From a virus (lineage: Duplodnaviria > Caudoviricetes), in IMG/VR virus record IMGVR_UViG_3300049924_000176, positions 1,329-65,328 of that record: a DNA stretch of 64,000 bases; one strand, written 5' to 3'. Both the position numbers and the translations under genes were made by a program. How positions within the stretch are numbered: the stretch's first letter is position 1; the number at the start of each line of letters is the position of its first letter. The notes beneath the pieces are model-generated. The model was not told where the DNA came from. It did no database searches and saw nothing but the letters and a program-made list of their open reading frames with translations. This document shows positions 37,858 through 47,650 of this stretch, one piece after another.

Positions 37858-38954
37858 TGCCTATTAGTCATGCGAAAAGTGACACTATTGCAGACTGGTC
37901 TGGAATTGTCACAGTCGGGAATAGTACTGGGGGCACCACCACACTTCAAGCCTCTAACATGGTACGCCCCTCAGACTGGAACTCTAACCATCTGGTGAGC
38001 TTGTCGGCCTCTGAGATTGCTTCGATCTTTACCTTCAGTAATGGGTTAACAAGCTCCACAGCAGCGGGTGGGATCTCAGTTGGTATACAATCTGACCCCT
38101 GGTTTACCCCATTTCAATTTCTTAATACTGCTGTTACACAGATGTCTGTTAGCTCCATGTCCAATGGGACGTGGTATATTGATGGGCCATATGAGTTTGA
38201 TCAGGTAATGGGGAGTGGGCAGATTAATGCGTTTCTGGCAATGCCTGCGAACTTCCTGGGTGGGGCGGTGTATTCGGCTGCTAGCACAGGGTCAGTCACT
38301 CGTACTGCTACATTCTACAACCACTGGGCTTTGTATAAACAAGGTACTGGGGCTAGTACAACACGGCTAGAATCATTCTGGACTGCTCAAAACTCATGGC
38401 TTGCTACCAATGAGATGAACCTAAGTACAGCTAATACAAGCTCAGGTTCGTTTACTAACCGGCTCACGATTAGTTTCCCGGCTCAATGGGGCACTGCGGG
38501 TGGTGTAACATATAGCTCAACATCTACAAGTGCAACGTCCAACCTCTCTGCCAGTACCATGGCCTCAACCCGTTATGACTCCCTTATTTCTAACGTCGGG
38601 GCCTACTTGAGTGGGTCTATGATGCAGGTATTTGGGTTGTCTACAACTACACCTCCTGGTATATATTGGGTAGGACGTATGCAGTTTTCGACCACGGCCA
38701 GTGCTGGTACCTCTGGTGGTATTGGGGCAATGGGTACCTACTTTGGGCAGGCTAGTGTACTGGGGCAAGTGGAACTGTTAGGTAATGCTTATAGACGGCA
38801 AGGGTTGTCTGTTTCAAATAGTTCAACTAACTTCTTACCATTCCATGGATTCTTAGCTACAAGCACAACCAATGCTACGTCTATTATTGGCACGGCTGAT
38901 ATTCGTGGCACTACGGGGCAAATGTATTGGAACTACTTCCAGAGTTCGTACTAA
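37857..38954 (+). CDS. Ser/Thr-rich putative virion protein
   Basis: MPISHAK...VRPSDWNSNH N-terminus; coupled on both sides. Confidence 0.6.
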   Translation: MPISHAKSDTIADWSGIVTVGNSTGGTTTLQASNMVRPSDWNSNHLVSLSASEIASIFTFSNGLTSSTAAGGISVGIQSDPWFTPFQFLNTAVTQMSVSSMSNGTWYIDGPYEFDQVMGSGQINAFLAMPANFLGGAVYSAASTGSVTRTATFYNHWALYKQGTGASTTRLESFWTAQNSWLATNEMNLSTANTSSGSFTNRLTISFPAQWGTAGGVTYSSTSTSATSNLSASTMASTRYDSLISNVGAYLSGSMMQVFGLSTTTPPGIYWVGRMQFSTTASAGTSGGIGAMGTYFGQASVLGQVELLGNAYRRQGLSVSNSSTNFLPFHGFLATSTTNATSIIGTADIRGTTGQMYWNYFQSSY

Positions 38955-39676
38955 TGAAACCTGAGTTACTGATACAAACACTTGAGACTAAGGGTTACCA
39001 TAATGGTGACCTAGGCCGTACCCACTCACGCTTGGATAAAAGCAAGAGCTGGCGTAAGCAGCGGATAGTGGTTCTATTGCCTACTTCTGCTACAATTGCG
39101 GCGAAAGTAGCCCTATCTCATTGGAACCTAGCCTTCCCCCCAAACAATGGAGTTGCCCGATTATTAGCCATTGGTATGGAGGTAGGTGAGGCTTATAGTA
39201 CAGCTATTGAACAGGTGTTGGCTCACCCTGAGTTATCCACATGGGAATACCTACTCACCATTGAACACGACAATATGCCGCCTCCTGATGGAGTCCTCAA
39301 GCTAGTTGAGCGTATGGAAGCCAATCCCAAGTATGACTGTATAGGGGGATTGTACTTCACGAAAGGTGAGGGTGGGGTCGCACAGATATGGGGTGATCCT
39401 AAAGATGCAGTGTTGAACTTTAGACCCCAGCTACCAGACCCTAATGGTGGGCTAGTGGAGTGTTGTGGTACAGGAATGGGCTTCAATTTATGGAGGTTGA
39501 AGACCTTCAAGGATGCCCGGCTGCGCAAGCCCTGGTTTGTCACACAGAAGAAGGACGGGGTGGCTACACAAGACCTCTATTTTTGGACTGATGCGCGGAA
39601 GCATGGATATAGATGTGCGGTAGATTGTTCAGTCAAGGTAGGTCATTACGCGGTCGAACAGGATGTGGTGTGGTGA
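38954..39676 (+). CDS. GT-A fold (family-2-like) glycosyltransferase
   Basis: YLLTIEHDNMPP, IGGLYF, CCGTGMGF.L, TQDLYF..DARKHGYRCAVDCSVKVGH. Confidence 0.8.
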   Translation: MKPELLIQTLETKGYHNGDLGRTHSRLDKSKSWRKQRIVVLLPTSATIAAKVALSHWNLAFPPNNGVARLLAIGMEVGEAYSTAIEQVLAHPELSTWEYLLTIEHDNMPPPDGVLKLVERMEANPKYDCIGGLYFTKGEGGVAQIWGDPKDAVLNFRPQLPDPNGGLVECCGTGMGFNLWRLKTFKDARLRKPWFVTQKKDGVATQDLYFWTDARKHGYRCAVDCSVKVGHYAVEQDVVW

Positions 39677-39949
39677 TGGATACACAATGGGGTGATGAGA
39701 GAGACAGAGCTACCTACTGTGGCCCAGGCAATGACTATCACTACGGTCATTGTTTATGCCATGTCGCTGGGTCGGCTTTGTGTGTTTTCCATGATAAGAA
39801 CTTTGGTATTTTCACGACACAGCAAACCCGTATTGGAATGAAAAATCATGGTGCTTGAAGCCACATGTGTGAGATGTCATAAGCCTATGAGTGCAGACCC
39901 TACTGGTACGAGGTCCGTTCATGGTTAATTCCCGTCTACCCGGAACATT

Positions 39950-40507
39950 ATGAAGAAACTCAAGTTCACGAAACAGCAGGCTGAACCAGTCCTACTCAAG
40001 CTAGACCTTGGGGCTGGCAAAGGTAGGAATACCCCAGAGGGGTTCCTCAAAGTAGACCTGGTGAAAGCCAGTGATACGAGGGTAGTAGACCTGCGTAAGC
40101 GATGGCCTTGGCCCTCCAATAGTGTAGATGAAGCCCACAGCAACTACTTGTTACCATTCTTGACTCCTCAAGAGCGGGTACACTTCATGAACGAGTTGTA
40201 TCGTGTACTCAAGCCAGGGGCGAAGGCTCAGATGATTACCCCTTATTGGGCTGCATCTAAGGCTTATGGCGACACCTCAACCTACTACCCACCTATTGCA
40301 GAGTCTTGGTATTTCAGGCTAAATAAAGGGTGGCGTGATCAGCAGAACTATGAAGACCCCGATGGCTATACCTGCGACTTTGACAACACCATGGGGTATA
40401 ACCTTCATCCGTCTATTACCGCACGTAATCAGGAATACCAGCAACATGCAGTATCCTTCTGGAAAGAAGCTGCACAAGACCTCATTGTGACCCTCATTAA
40501 GAAGTAA
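39950..40507 (+). CDS. Class I SAM-dependent methyltransferase
   Basis: KLDLGAG, VDLRK.WPW..NSVDE, MNELYRVLKPG. Confidence 0.85.
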   Translation: MKKLKFTKQQAEPVLLKLDLGAGKGRNTPEGFLKVDLVKASDTRVVDLRKRWPWPSNSVDEAHSNYLLPFLTPQERVHFMNELYRVLKPGAKAQMITPYWAASKAYGDTSTYYPPIAESWYFRLNKGWRDQQNYEDPDGYTCDFDNTMGYNLHPSITARNQEYQQHAVSFWKEAAQDLIVTLIKK

Positions 40508-40509
40508 CT

Positions 40510-41964
40510 ATGGCATTTCAACCGGATGGGTTCCAGCCAGATAGCTTCCAGGTAGGGGCCGCAAGCGCAGATGGGCAACCGCCATCTTCTCGTGCTGCTT
40601 TTATGGCTGGGGTGGTGGCAGTCTGGTCGCTTGTTACCGTTACACCACTCTTTGCCACAGTAGGGTTACAGACACAGGTTGATAATCCACCCCCGCGTGG
40701 GCCAGAAGAGAACCATCAAGCCATTGTTCGCATTTGGCAACCTCCCACATGGGATACTCAGAGAGCACAGTTTGCGCCTGATAAGACTCCTACGGTTGCT
40801 CCCACCGTTGTTCCATTTGCACGTGAGGATATCGCTGGGCGGTGGGCTGAGCAGACTTGGGATACACAGTATACTAAGAAGCTCGCCAGTACTGGTCCTG
40901 AAGTCTACCCAATGCCGCATACTGATGCGGGTTGGAAAAGTGTCTCACTCTGGCCACAGAATGACTGGTCGACCCAACAGACACGTAAGGTTTCCGCGAC
41001 CGGCCCTGAAGTGTACACTATGCCCAAGACCGACCATGGGCAAGGGGTCATCCAAATATGGCCACAAAACGAGTGGCCTACACAGGTTACAAAGAAGGTA
41101 GCGTATACCGGGCCCGAAGTCTATCCTGCCCCGCATACTGACAGTGGGCAGCGGGTTATTGCAATATGGCCTCAAAATGACTGGCCTACGCAAGTTACAA
41201 CAAAGCTCACATCCAGTGGGCCGAACGCCTTCCCTGTTCCACGTACTCAAGGTGAACAGGAGCTTATTAGAAGCTGGCCTCAGCCTGAGTGGGATACCCA
41301 GACTACTCGTAAGACGCCGATACCTGATGTTGTAGTAGCGGGGGATGCTCCCCCTGTGCGGGCTATCATCGCCCCTATCTATGCGAGGTGGCATGATACT
41401 ACTATACAACCGTTGTTTGGGGCTGCTGGTTATCAGGATGGCCCATCAGTGGGGCCCGCTGATAATCCCCCACAACAGTACCCACGTATTGGAAGTATCT
41501 ACCAACACTGGGAGCCACGTCAGCTACAGGCTGTTTGGTCCAACCGAGTAATAGACCTCTCAGCGTTGATACCCTCGTCACGAGACACACTTTATGCTGT
41601 AGTCTCAACATGGGTTGAACCTGAGTATACTCAACCACGCCGGACCAGGGTTACGGCTAGTGGCCCAGCAGTTGTCTCGGTACCACCCTACTCTGGTCAA
41701 TCTGCACGACCGATTGGGCAGTGGGGTGAACCAGCGTGGGGTAGCCAAAGTACACGTAAGGTTGCCACCAGTGGGCCTGAAGTTGTTATTGCAAACCCAC
41801 CCTTTACACGCCCATGGATGGGGATTGTCTTACAGGCCTGGGAACCACCACCAGAGTATAAGCAACGGCGTGTGGTAGTCATCGCTCCGTCAACGAAATG
41901 GTGGCTCTTCCGTAGCCATACTCACACACTGGGCGCTGGGTTTCTATCAAAGGTAGATACATGA
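40510..41964 (+). CDS. Pro/Thr/Trp-rich protein with 36-aa tandem repeats
   Basis: W at aa 76, 112, 148, 184, 220, 256; unit WPQNDWxTQxTxKxxxTGPEVYxxPxTDxG. Confidence 0.8.
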   Translation: MAFQPDGFQPDSFQVGAASADGQPPSSRAAFMAGVVAVWSLVTVTPLFATVGLQTQVDNPPPRGPEENHQAIVRIWQPPTWDTQRAQFAPDKTPTVAPTVVPFAREDIAGRWAEQTWDTQYTKKLASTGPEVYPMPHTDAGWKSVSLWPQNDWSTQQTRKVSATGPEVYTMPKTDHGQGVIQIWPQNEWPTQVTKKVAYTGPEVYPAPHTDSGQRVIAIWPQNDWPTQVTTKLTSSGPNAFPVPRTQGEQELIRSWPQPEWDTQTTRKTPIPDVVVAGDAPPVRAIIAPIYARWHDTTIQPLFGAAGYQDGPSVGPADNPPQQYPRIGSIYQHWEPRQLQAVWSNRVIDLSALIPSSRDTLYAVVSTWVEPEYTQPRRTRVTASGPAVVSVPPYSGQSARPIGQWGEPAWGSQSTRKVATSGPEVVIANPPFTRPWMGIVLQAWEPPPEYKQRRVVVIAPSTKWWLFRSHTHTLGAGFLSKVDT

Positions 41965-42593
41965 TTAAGAATACCGCTGGACAATCTATTGGAGCGCAGC
42001 TCATTAATGCAAGTGATGGGTCTGCATTCACTGGGGCAGTAACCATCTATGTTACCCTGGATAACGGGGTGCAAGCTATAGGTAGTGTAGGGGGTGGTGC
42101 CTGTACCCACGAAGGGAATGGCTACCATACTTATGCCCCCGCACAGGCTGAAACCAATGGTGATCTTGCTGCCTATACCTTCATTGGTACGGGGGCTGTA
42201 CCACAAACGGTACAGGTCTACACCAGGGCTGCCACCCCCGATGTGGTGGTAACAACTGGTGGGATTAGTAGCACGTCATTTGCTGCGGGCGCGGTTGATG
42301 CCGCAGCTATCGGGGCCAATGCCATAGGATCATCTGAGTTTGCCCAAGCTGCTGCTGATAAGGTGTTCTCCTCAAGTGGTGCATCATTAGCTGAATTAGC
42401 ACAAGCCACTCCCACAGCGACACCACGACCAGACCAAGCGATTATGTTGCTCTATATGGCAGTACGTAATGCGTCAAAAGCCACGGCTACAGAACGGCGT
42501 ATCCTCAATGATGCTGGTACCGTGATTGCTAAGGCCACCATGTCAGACGATGGCACAACCTTTGACCAAGGGGAGCTTATAACAGGACCATGA
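41961..42593 (+). CDS. Putative virion protein
   Basis: MIKNTAGQ...DGSAFTG...HEGNG..Y pattern; coupled. Confidence 0.6.
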   Translation: MIKNTAGQSIGAQLINASDGSAFTGAVTIYVTLDNGVQAIGSVGGGACTHEGNGYHTYAPAQAETNGDLAAYTFIGTGAVPQTVQVYTRAATPDVVVTTGGISSTSFAAGAVDAAAIGANAIGSSEFAQAAADKVFSSSGASLAELAQATPTATPRPDQAIMLLYMAVRNASKATATERRILNDAGTVIAKATMSDDGTTFDQGELITGP

Positions 42594-43032
42594 GGATATT
42601 AATACGGTTTGGGTTATGGTTAGCAATGTTAGGAGGGTGGGTGCCAACCCCCTACCCTGATCTTCCATGGCCAAGTGAAGCACTCATTAAGCGGGCGCAG
42701 GAGCTTACCAAACAATTCGAGTTACCGGGGTACTCCGGTGAGTACAAGCGCCACCAGGTCTTTGCCATGCTGATTAAGGAATATCCTGAAGTCAGCCAGC
42801 GAGTCCTCGCGTTAGCCATTGAAATAGGGCTAAATACCAGTGCCAATTGACACACAAAATAAACGAAGGTCTACCCTAGGGTTGTGGAGTGGACCTCGTG
42901 TATTGCCTGTACCAAGTAGTGGAATTGATGCAGAAGACCGGCTCCATGTGTGGTTGTATCGTATCGCTGGTGGTGCAGGTGCGCTGGTAAATGTTGTGAG
43001 AACAATGATGATGATGGGCCTAGGGAGATAGC

Positions 43033-43353
43033 ATGGCTAAGCATAAAAAGCTATTTAGTGCGGCAATTACTGGGGCTAAAGTGGAAGTGTCCTCCACAGG
43101 ATTATCCTTAGGTGGCTATCATATGGTCAACTTAACAGCCAGCCTCAACTACGTTCAGGTATTCAACCTCCCAGCCGCAAGTGTTACAGTAGGCACCACC
43201 GTACCACACTTCTCGTTACCCCTCCCCGCAAGTGGCGGCGCTACAATCTACCTTGGGGGATTAGACCTAGACGCCTTGACCATTGCCTGTACAACGGGCC
43301 CAACCAACGCCACGACCTCTGATGCCTTCGTGGTGTTAACTCTCAAATTGTAA
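43033..43353 (+). CDS. Putative virion protein
   Basis: YVQVFN..AASVTVGTTVP pattern. Confidence 0.55.
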   Translation: MAKHKKLFSAAITGAKVEVSSTGLSLGGYHMVNLTASLNYVQVFNLPAASVTVGTTVPHFSLPLPASGGATIYLGGLDLDALTIACTTGPTNATTSDAFVVLTLKL

Positions 43354-43362
43354 AGGTCTATA

Positions 43363-44001
43363 ATGGCTACACATATTATTGCTGACACTGATTCTACACA
43401 GACTTTAACCAACAAGTCTTTGACCTCCCCGACGATATCAGCTCCAGTGCTGAGTGGGACTGCTACAGGGACATACACGCTTGGTGGTACTCCAACTATC
43501 AGTGCACCAACGATTACTACGCCTACAATATCGGCACCTACGGTGACGGGTATTCTTACTGTAGCTGGGCAGATTAAATTCCCAGCGACAGCAAACCCTT
43601 CTGGTGATGTGAATACACTCGATGACTATGAAGAGGGAACATGGACACCAGCGGTAGGGGGAAGTGCAACCTATACCACTCAATTGGGAACATATACCAA
43701 AATTGGTAATAGGGTATTCATTACTGGCCAACTTGTTATTAATGTTCTCGGTACTGGGAGTACCAGTACTATTTCAGGGTTGCCCTTTACAGCAAGTAAT
43801 AATGCCCTAGATAATCCAGCAGCAATAGCTGCTTTTGCAAGTATTGCAACTGCCGTTGTAGCGTTATATGGGAGGGTACTTCCGAATACTTCGACGATTA
43901 CATTTCACGGGGCTACCGCAGCAGCTACAAATAATACGGGAACAACAACAATATTTGGTAATGCTGCGAATGTAACCTTCTCTACCCACTATATCATTTA
44001 A
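43363..44001 (+). CDS. Tail fibre-like protein
   Basis: QTLTNK.L, PTI repeats, LDDYEEGTWTP, YTKIGNRV, ISGLPFT. Confidence 0.75.
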   Translation: MATHIIADTDSTQTLTNKSLTSPTISAPVLSGTATGTYTLGGTPTISAPTITTPTISAPTVTGILTVAGQIKFPATANPSGDVNTLDDYEEGTWTPAVGGSATYTTQLGTYTKIGNRVFITGQLVINVLGTGSTSTISGLPFTASNNALDNPAAIAAFASIATAVVALYGRVLPNTSTITFHGATAAATNNTGTTTIFGNAANVTFSTHYII

Positions 44002-44013
44002 TCTAGAGGTTTC

Positions 44014-45444
44014 ATGCTACGTGATTCAGTTAGTAACGACCATTCACAACCTAAAAAGGGGCTAAACCTTCGTGATCCAGCCCATGAGTTAGGTAGTGGT
44101 GAGGTAACTCGCCTGCAAAACTTATACTGGGATGGGTTTGTGCGTATTGCCCCTGGGTCTAGGCTATTAACTCCAAGTTACCTCATATTAAATAGACCAG
44201 TGCGTGGTGGTATACGTTTTTACCCCAGGGATAATAGCCCCAAACGCTTAGTCGCATATGACTTTACAGACTTAACAATAAGTATTGCCATTGTCGATGA
44301 TAACGGAGCGCAAGCGACGTTATTTCTTATAGATGGTGGAATACCTAACGTATTCTTTTCGGTATGGAGTATTACCAATAGCGTGTACTGGTCTGATGAG
44401 CAAGGTAACTTATTCTATTACTCTGGTAATGATGATTCATATGCTGTTATGACCGGCACAAATATCCCTGTGAGCTATGGGCCTCTCGTACCTATGTTAG
44501 ACAGGTTGTTAGCTATTACCGACAATGGTATAGAACGCACAGATGCCCGTGTTGACGATGTATGGTCAAGTAACAGCTCATGGGCAACATTTAGACCAGA
44601 AAAACCTGGTCGGTTTGTTGTACTACACCCCTATAGTATAAAAGGCACCGACACTATTTACCCTGGTGTGTTGGCATTACAGCAGTCGGCCTTCTACCAT
44701 ATTACAGGTACAGACTTCGGCACCGATGTCACATCCAGTACAGCGAGTGTTGGTGAGGATAGCGCGATTAAGATTATTGACTCGCAAGTAGGTACAAGCT
44801 CACCTAAAAGTATTATTACCATTCCTGGTATTGGTGTCTTGTGGTTTACCAGCGATAAGAATATCTACTGGATACCAGAAGGTCAGCTCAGCGGTAAGTT
44901 TGTAGCTGATAAGTTATTCTCCAATAACACTACTCCTGGTTTAGAGAGTGTTAATGGTGCTGCATTAGACCAGGTATGGATGACCTACTTTGACAGAAAG
45001 TTGATACTTGGTGTGCCAATGGGGTCAAGCCTTATTCCCAATGTACAGTTCTTCTTAGACCTACGCACACTCTCATCGGCTGTAGATGCCCCTGCTCCGG
45101 TTTGGTATGGGCCTATGACGATGGATACCTGGAGTTGTGTGTGGCGTGAAGATCAGCAAGGGGAACTCCAACTAATGGCTGGTGAGGGGAAGGCAGCAAA
45201 TGGAGCCTATCTCTACAAAGCCTACCAAAAGGATACGGCCTCCCATTTCCAAGGGTCAACAGAAGTGTACCCGTTATGTATCTATATAGATAGGCATAAT
45301 GGGTTTGAGCGTGGCCAGAGTAGTAAGTCTGTACAGGACTTCCGGCTGACTGCTTATACAAGTGGTGGGCAATTACGCGCGGGGGTGTTGGATTTGAACT
45401 CAGAGGCCTTTTATCAACAGGAAGTTGTAGGGTACAGTGAGTAA
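44014..45444 (+). CDS. Tail nozzle / stabilisation protein (P22 gp10-like)
   Basis: GLNLRD...L...E.T.LQN N-terminus; beta-propeller-like; podovirus tail position. Confidence 0.65.
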   Translation: MLRDSVSNDHSQPKKGLNLRDPAHELGSGEVTRLQNLYWDGFVRIAPGSRLLTPSYLILNRPVRGGIRFYPRDNSPKRLVAYDFTDLTISIAIVDDNGAQATLFLIDGGIPNVFFSVWSITNSVYWSDEQGNLFYYSGNDDSYAVMTGTNIPVSYGPLVPMLDRLLAITDNGIERTDARVDDVWSSNSSWATFRPEKPGRFVVLHPYSIKGTDTIYPGVLALQQSAFYHITGTDFGTDVTSSTASVGEDSAIKIIDSQVGTSSPKSIITIPGIGVLWFTSDKNIYWIPEGQLSGKFVADKLFSNNTTPGLESVNGAALDQVWMTYFDRKLILGVPMGSSLIPNVQFFLDLRTLSSAVDAPAPVWYGPMTMDTWSCVWREDQQGELQLMAGEGKAANGAYLYKAYQKDTASHFQGSTEVYPLCIYIDRHNGFERGQSSKSVQDFRLTAYTSGGQLRAGVLDLNSEAFYQQEVVGYSE

Positions 45445-45904
45445 GCCCACTGAATACCTTTGTCAGATTGATAGTGGCGTTATACCTAGCACACTGTCAG
45501 CTTGGGCTGTGCTTGCACCTAATGCTATCTATTGGAATCCATCAGTCAGTACGGCTGGGGTTATGTCTGTTGTTGACACGGATATTCCAAACCCTACCCA
45601 TTTTGTCTTTGGGATGAATGGTGAGCAATGGCAGCTTACCATCAGTAACCCTGGAGTGTTAAGTTTTAATGATACAGGGACACCGTTGGCAGCCAGTGAT
45701 ACTATTGTAGTATTGGTAGATAGTAATAGTGTTACATGGCTATTGGCTGTCAATCTCGATGGCCAACTTGTATTAACCACTGAAACTCCATTAGAAAATA
45801 AATACTACTACCCCGCTATTGTAGTCTCGTTTGAGACTGGGGCTGCCAACGACAAATTTGAACTGCACGCTGTCAAGCCTAACACGACTCGGCATAGGAG
45901 ATAG
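45437..45904 (+). CDS. Hypothetical tail-region protein
   Basis: GTG start overlapping the upstream stop. Confidence 0.5.
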   Translation: MSKPTEYLCQIDSGVIPSTLSAWAVLAPNAIYWNPSVSTAGVMSVVDTDIPNPTHFVFGMNGEQWQLTISNPGVLSFNDTGTPLAASDTIVVLVDSNSVTWLLAVNLDGQLVLTTETPLENKYYYPAIVVSFETGAANDKFELHAVKPNTTRHRR

Positions 45905-45910
45905 AATACT

Positions 45911-46783
45911 GTGGCTATTCCAGCAGACCCAACCGTTACATCCATCGTCACTGAAGGTATCAAAAGAGGAGGGAGAACTACTCCCACTTCAGTACAAATA
46001 GCTTCAGCTACCGAGCATCAGTTCAGAGAAGTCAAGTCTGACATCACACAACGATCAGCACGGCATCCCTCGCTAGAGACACAGTATGTCTCAGCAACCA
46101 CCAATGGGCAATCGCGCTATACGATACCAACTGATGCTGATGAAGTACGATCACTTCAGTTTGTTGCAGGCCCATTAGAGGGAGCATGGCAGGGCGCATT
46201 ACAAACAGCCACCTCTGGTAGCGCAACACTCAGTGCCTCATTTAGTCAAGACGTAGAGAACGTGAGGGGGAGGTTCATCTATATACTACTGGGTACAGGA
46301 TCTAACCAATTTGCGCAGATTGTCAATTATAACAATAGTACAAAGTTTGCATCAATTGACCGCGTGTGGGTAACAACCCCTGTTGCTTCATCGTACTACA
46401 TGATCGGTACATACCACCAGAAGCTCTACTCATTCGATAAGCCTTGGGGGTATGACACGCTCGCAGCACCATTCCAAAAAGGTATACCTACTAAAGCAGC
46501 CCCAGTTGGTAGGGAGATGTGGTTGAATTACGCTCCTGATGGGATCTACGCCTTATGGTGGGATTATTGGGCCAACTTGGATAGACTGGATGAAACTGGT
46601 ACAGTATTTACCCGCCATCTACGAGAGCATCGTTCACTGTGGATTCAAGGTGTGGCTGTCAAAACTATGCAACGGTATGATGAAGACCGCTATCAAGTTG
46701 AACTCCAGGTCTATAACAACATGCTCGAAGCCTATGCTAGCTATAGCGCGGGTGTAGGCCAGGTGAACTTTACTGATGTCTAG
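45911..46783 (+). CDS. Head-tail adaptor / tail tubular protein A-like
   Basis: TTNGQSRYTIP.D, G.PT, LNYAPD..Y pattern. Confidence 0.65.
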   Translation: MAIPADPTVTSIVTEGIKRGGRTTPTSVQIASATEHQFREVKSDITQRSARHPSLETQYVSATTNGQSRYTIPTDADEVRSLQFVAGPLEGAWQGALQTATSGSATLSASFSQDVENVRGRFIYILLGTGSNQFAQIVNYNNSTKFASIDRVWVTTPVASSYYMIGTYHQKLYSFDKPWGYDTLAAPFQKGIPTKAAPVGREMWLNYAPDGIYALWWDYWANLDRLDETGTVFTRHLREHRSLWIQGVAVKTMQRYDEDRYQVELQVYNNMLEAYASYSAGVGQVNFTDV

Positions 46784-47102
46784 TGATGATGTGCCCGCAG
46801 CAATCCAACAACTCTACCCAGGCTTGTCGGTTGGTGAATGTACTGGGTGGTTAAACTGGGTAGAACATCAGCCTGACTACTACATTGCACGAGTTGGAAA
46901 GGCGGTCTGTATTACAAAAGTGTACAACCAGATTGACCCACCTTGGTTGCGTGTTGCCCATGAAGTTGCTTGGTGGGGTACAGGGAGAGATGCAGTGCGG
47001 GCCTTACATCGGGGTATGGCCTGGGCTAGGCTTAAAGGGGCCACACATTATGGGTATTCGCTAGTACCACATTTAGATATCGTCAAGTGGAGGGTATTGT
47101 GA
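46776..47102 (+). CDS. Small GNAT-like protein preceding ejection proteins
   Basis: HEVAWW...AL..GMAWARLKGA; position like P22 gp14/T7 gp13. Confidence 0.45.
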   Translation: MSSDDVPAAIQQLYPGLSVGECTGWLNWVEHQPDYYIARVGKAVCITKVYNQIDPPWLRVAHEVAWWGTGRDAVRALHRGMAWARLKGATHYGYSLVPHLDIVKWRVL

Positions 47103-47650
47103 GCTTTGGAAAACAAGAGAGCCAGTCACAGCAATCTAGTGGATTAAACCCTGGTGAACGTGTTGCCTTCTCAAATCAGGCACAAGGCCAATTTGGCAAT
47201 CTACAACATGCAGCAGAACGCGCAGCAGCAGACCCAGGGGGGTTGGCCTACCGTTCTACCATAGACCAACTTATGCCAACAGGCCGCTATGGGATGTCAG
47301 CAGGGGCAGACCAGGGAATTAGCCAACTAGGCCGAGACCTCTTTACGCAAGCCTCAGCCAATAGAGCTCAACGTGGGTTTAATACGCCCTACAACTTAGA
47401 GGCAGTGCTCGGTGATTCCATGCGTATGGCGTCAGGTCAACTTGTTCCACAAGCCAACCAGTGGGCGATGCAACGAGCACAGTTCGCTCCGGCATTGCGC
47501 CAAGCAACATTTGGGTATGAACTAGCACCAATGCAGGCCTTCCAACAGTTGTTGACTGGCAGTAGCCAAGGTGGGAGTCAGGCGAATGGGTTCCAGATGG
47601 ATGCCTCAAAGCCACTGGAAATGGCTGGCCCGGCTGTTATAGCAATGTGA
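47099..47650 (+). CDS. DNA ejection (pilot) protein candidate
   Basis: KQESQSQQS N-terminus; Gly/Gln/Ala-rich. Confidence 0.6.
   Translation: MSFGKQESQSQQSSGLNPGERVAFSNQAQGQFGNLQHAAERAAADPGGLAYRSTIDQLMPTGRYGMSAGADQGISQLGRDLFTQASANRAQRGFNTPYNLEAVLGDSMRMASGQLVPQANQWAMQRAQFAPALRQATFGYELAPMQAFQQLLTGSSQGGSQANGFQMDASKPLEMAGPAVIAM

Noticed and set aside
43363-44001. Diversity-generating retroelement target in tail fibre
   Set aside because: No reverse transcriptase and no TR/VR repeat pair noticed in the window.
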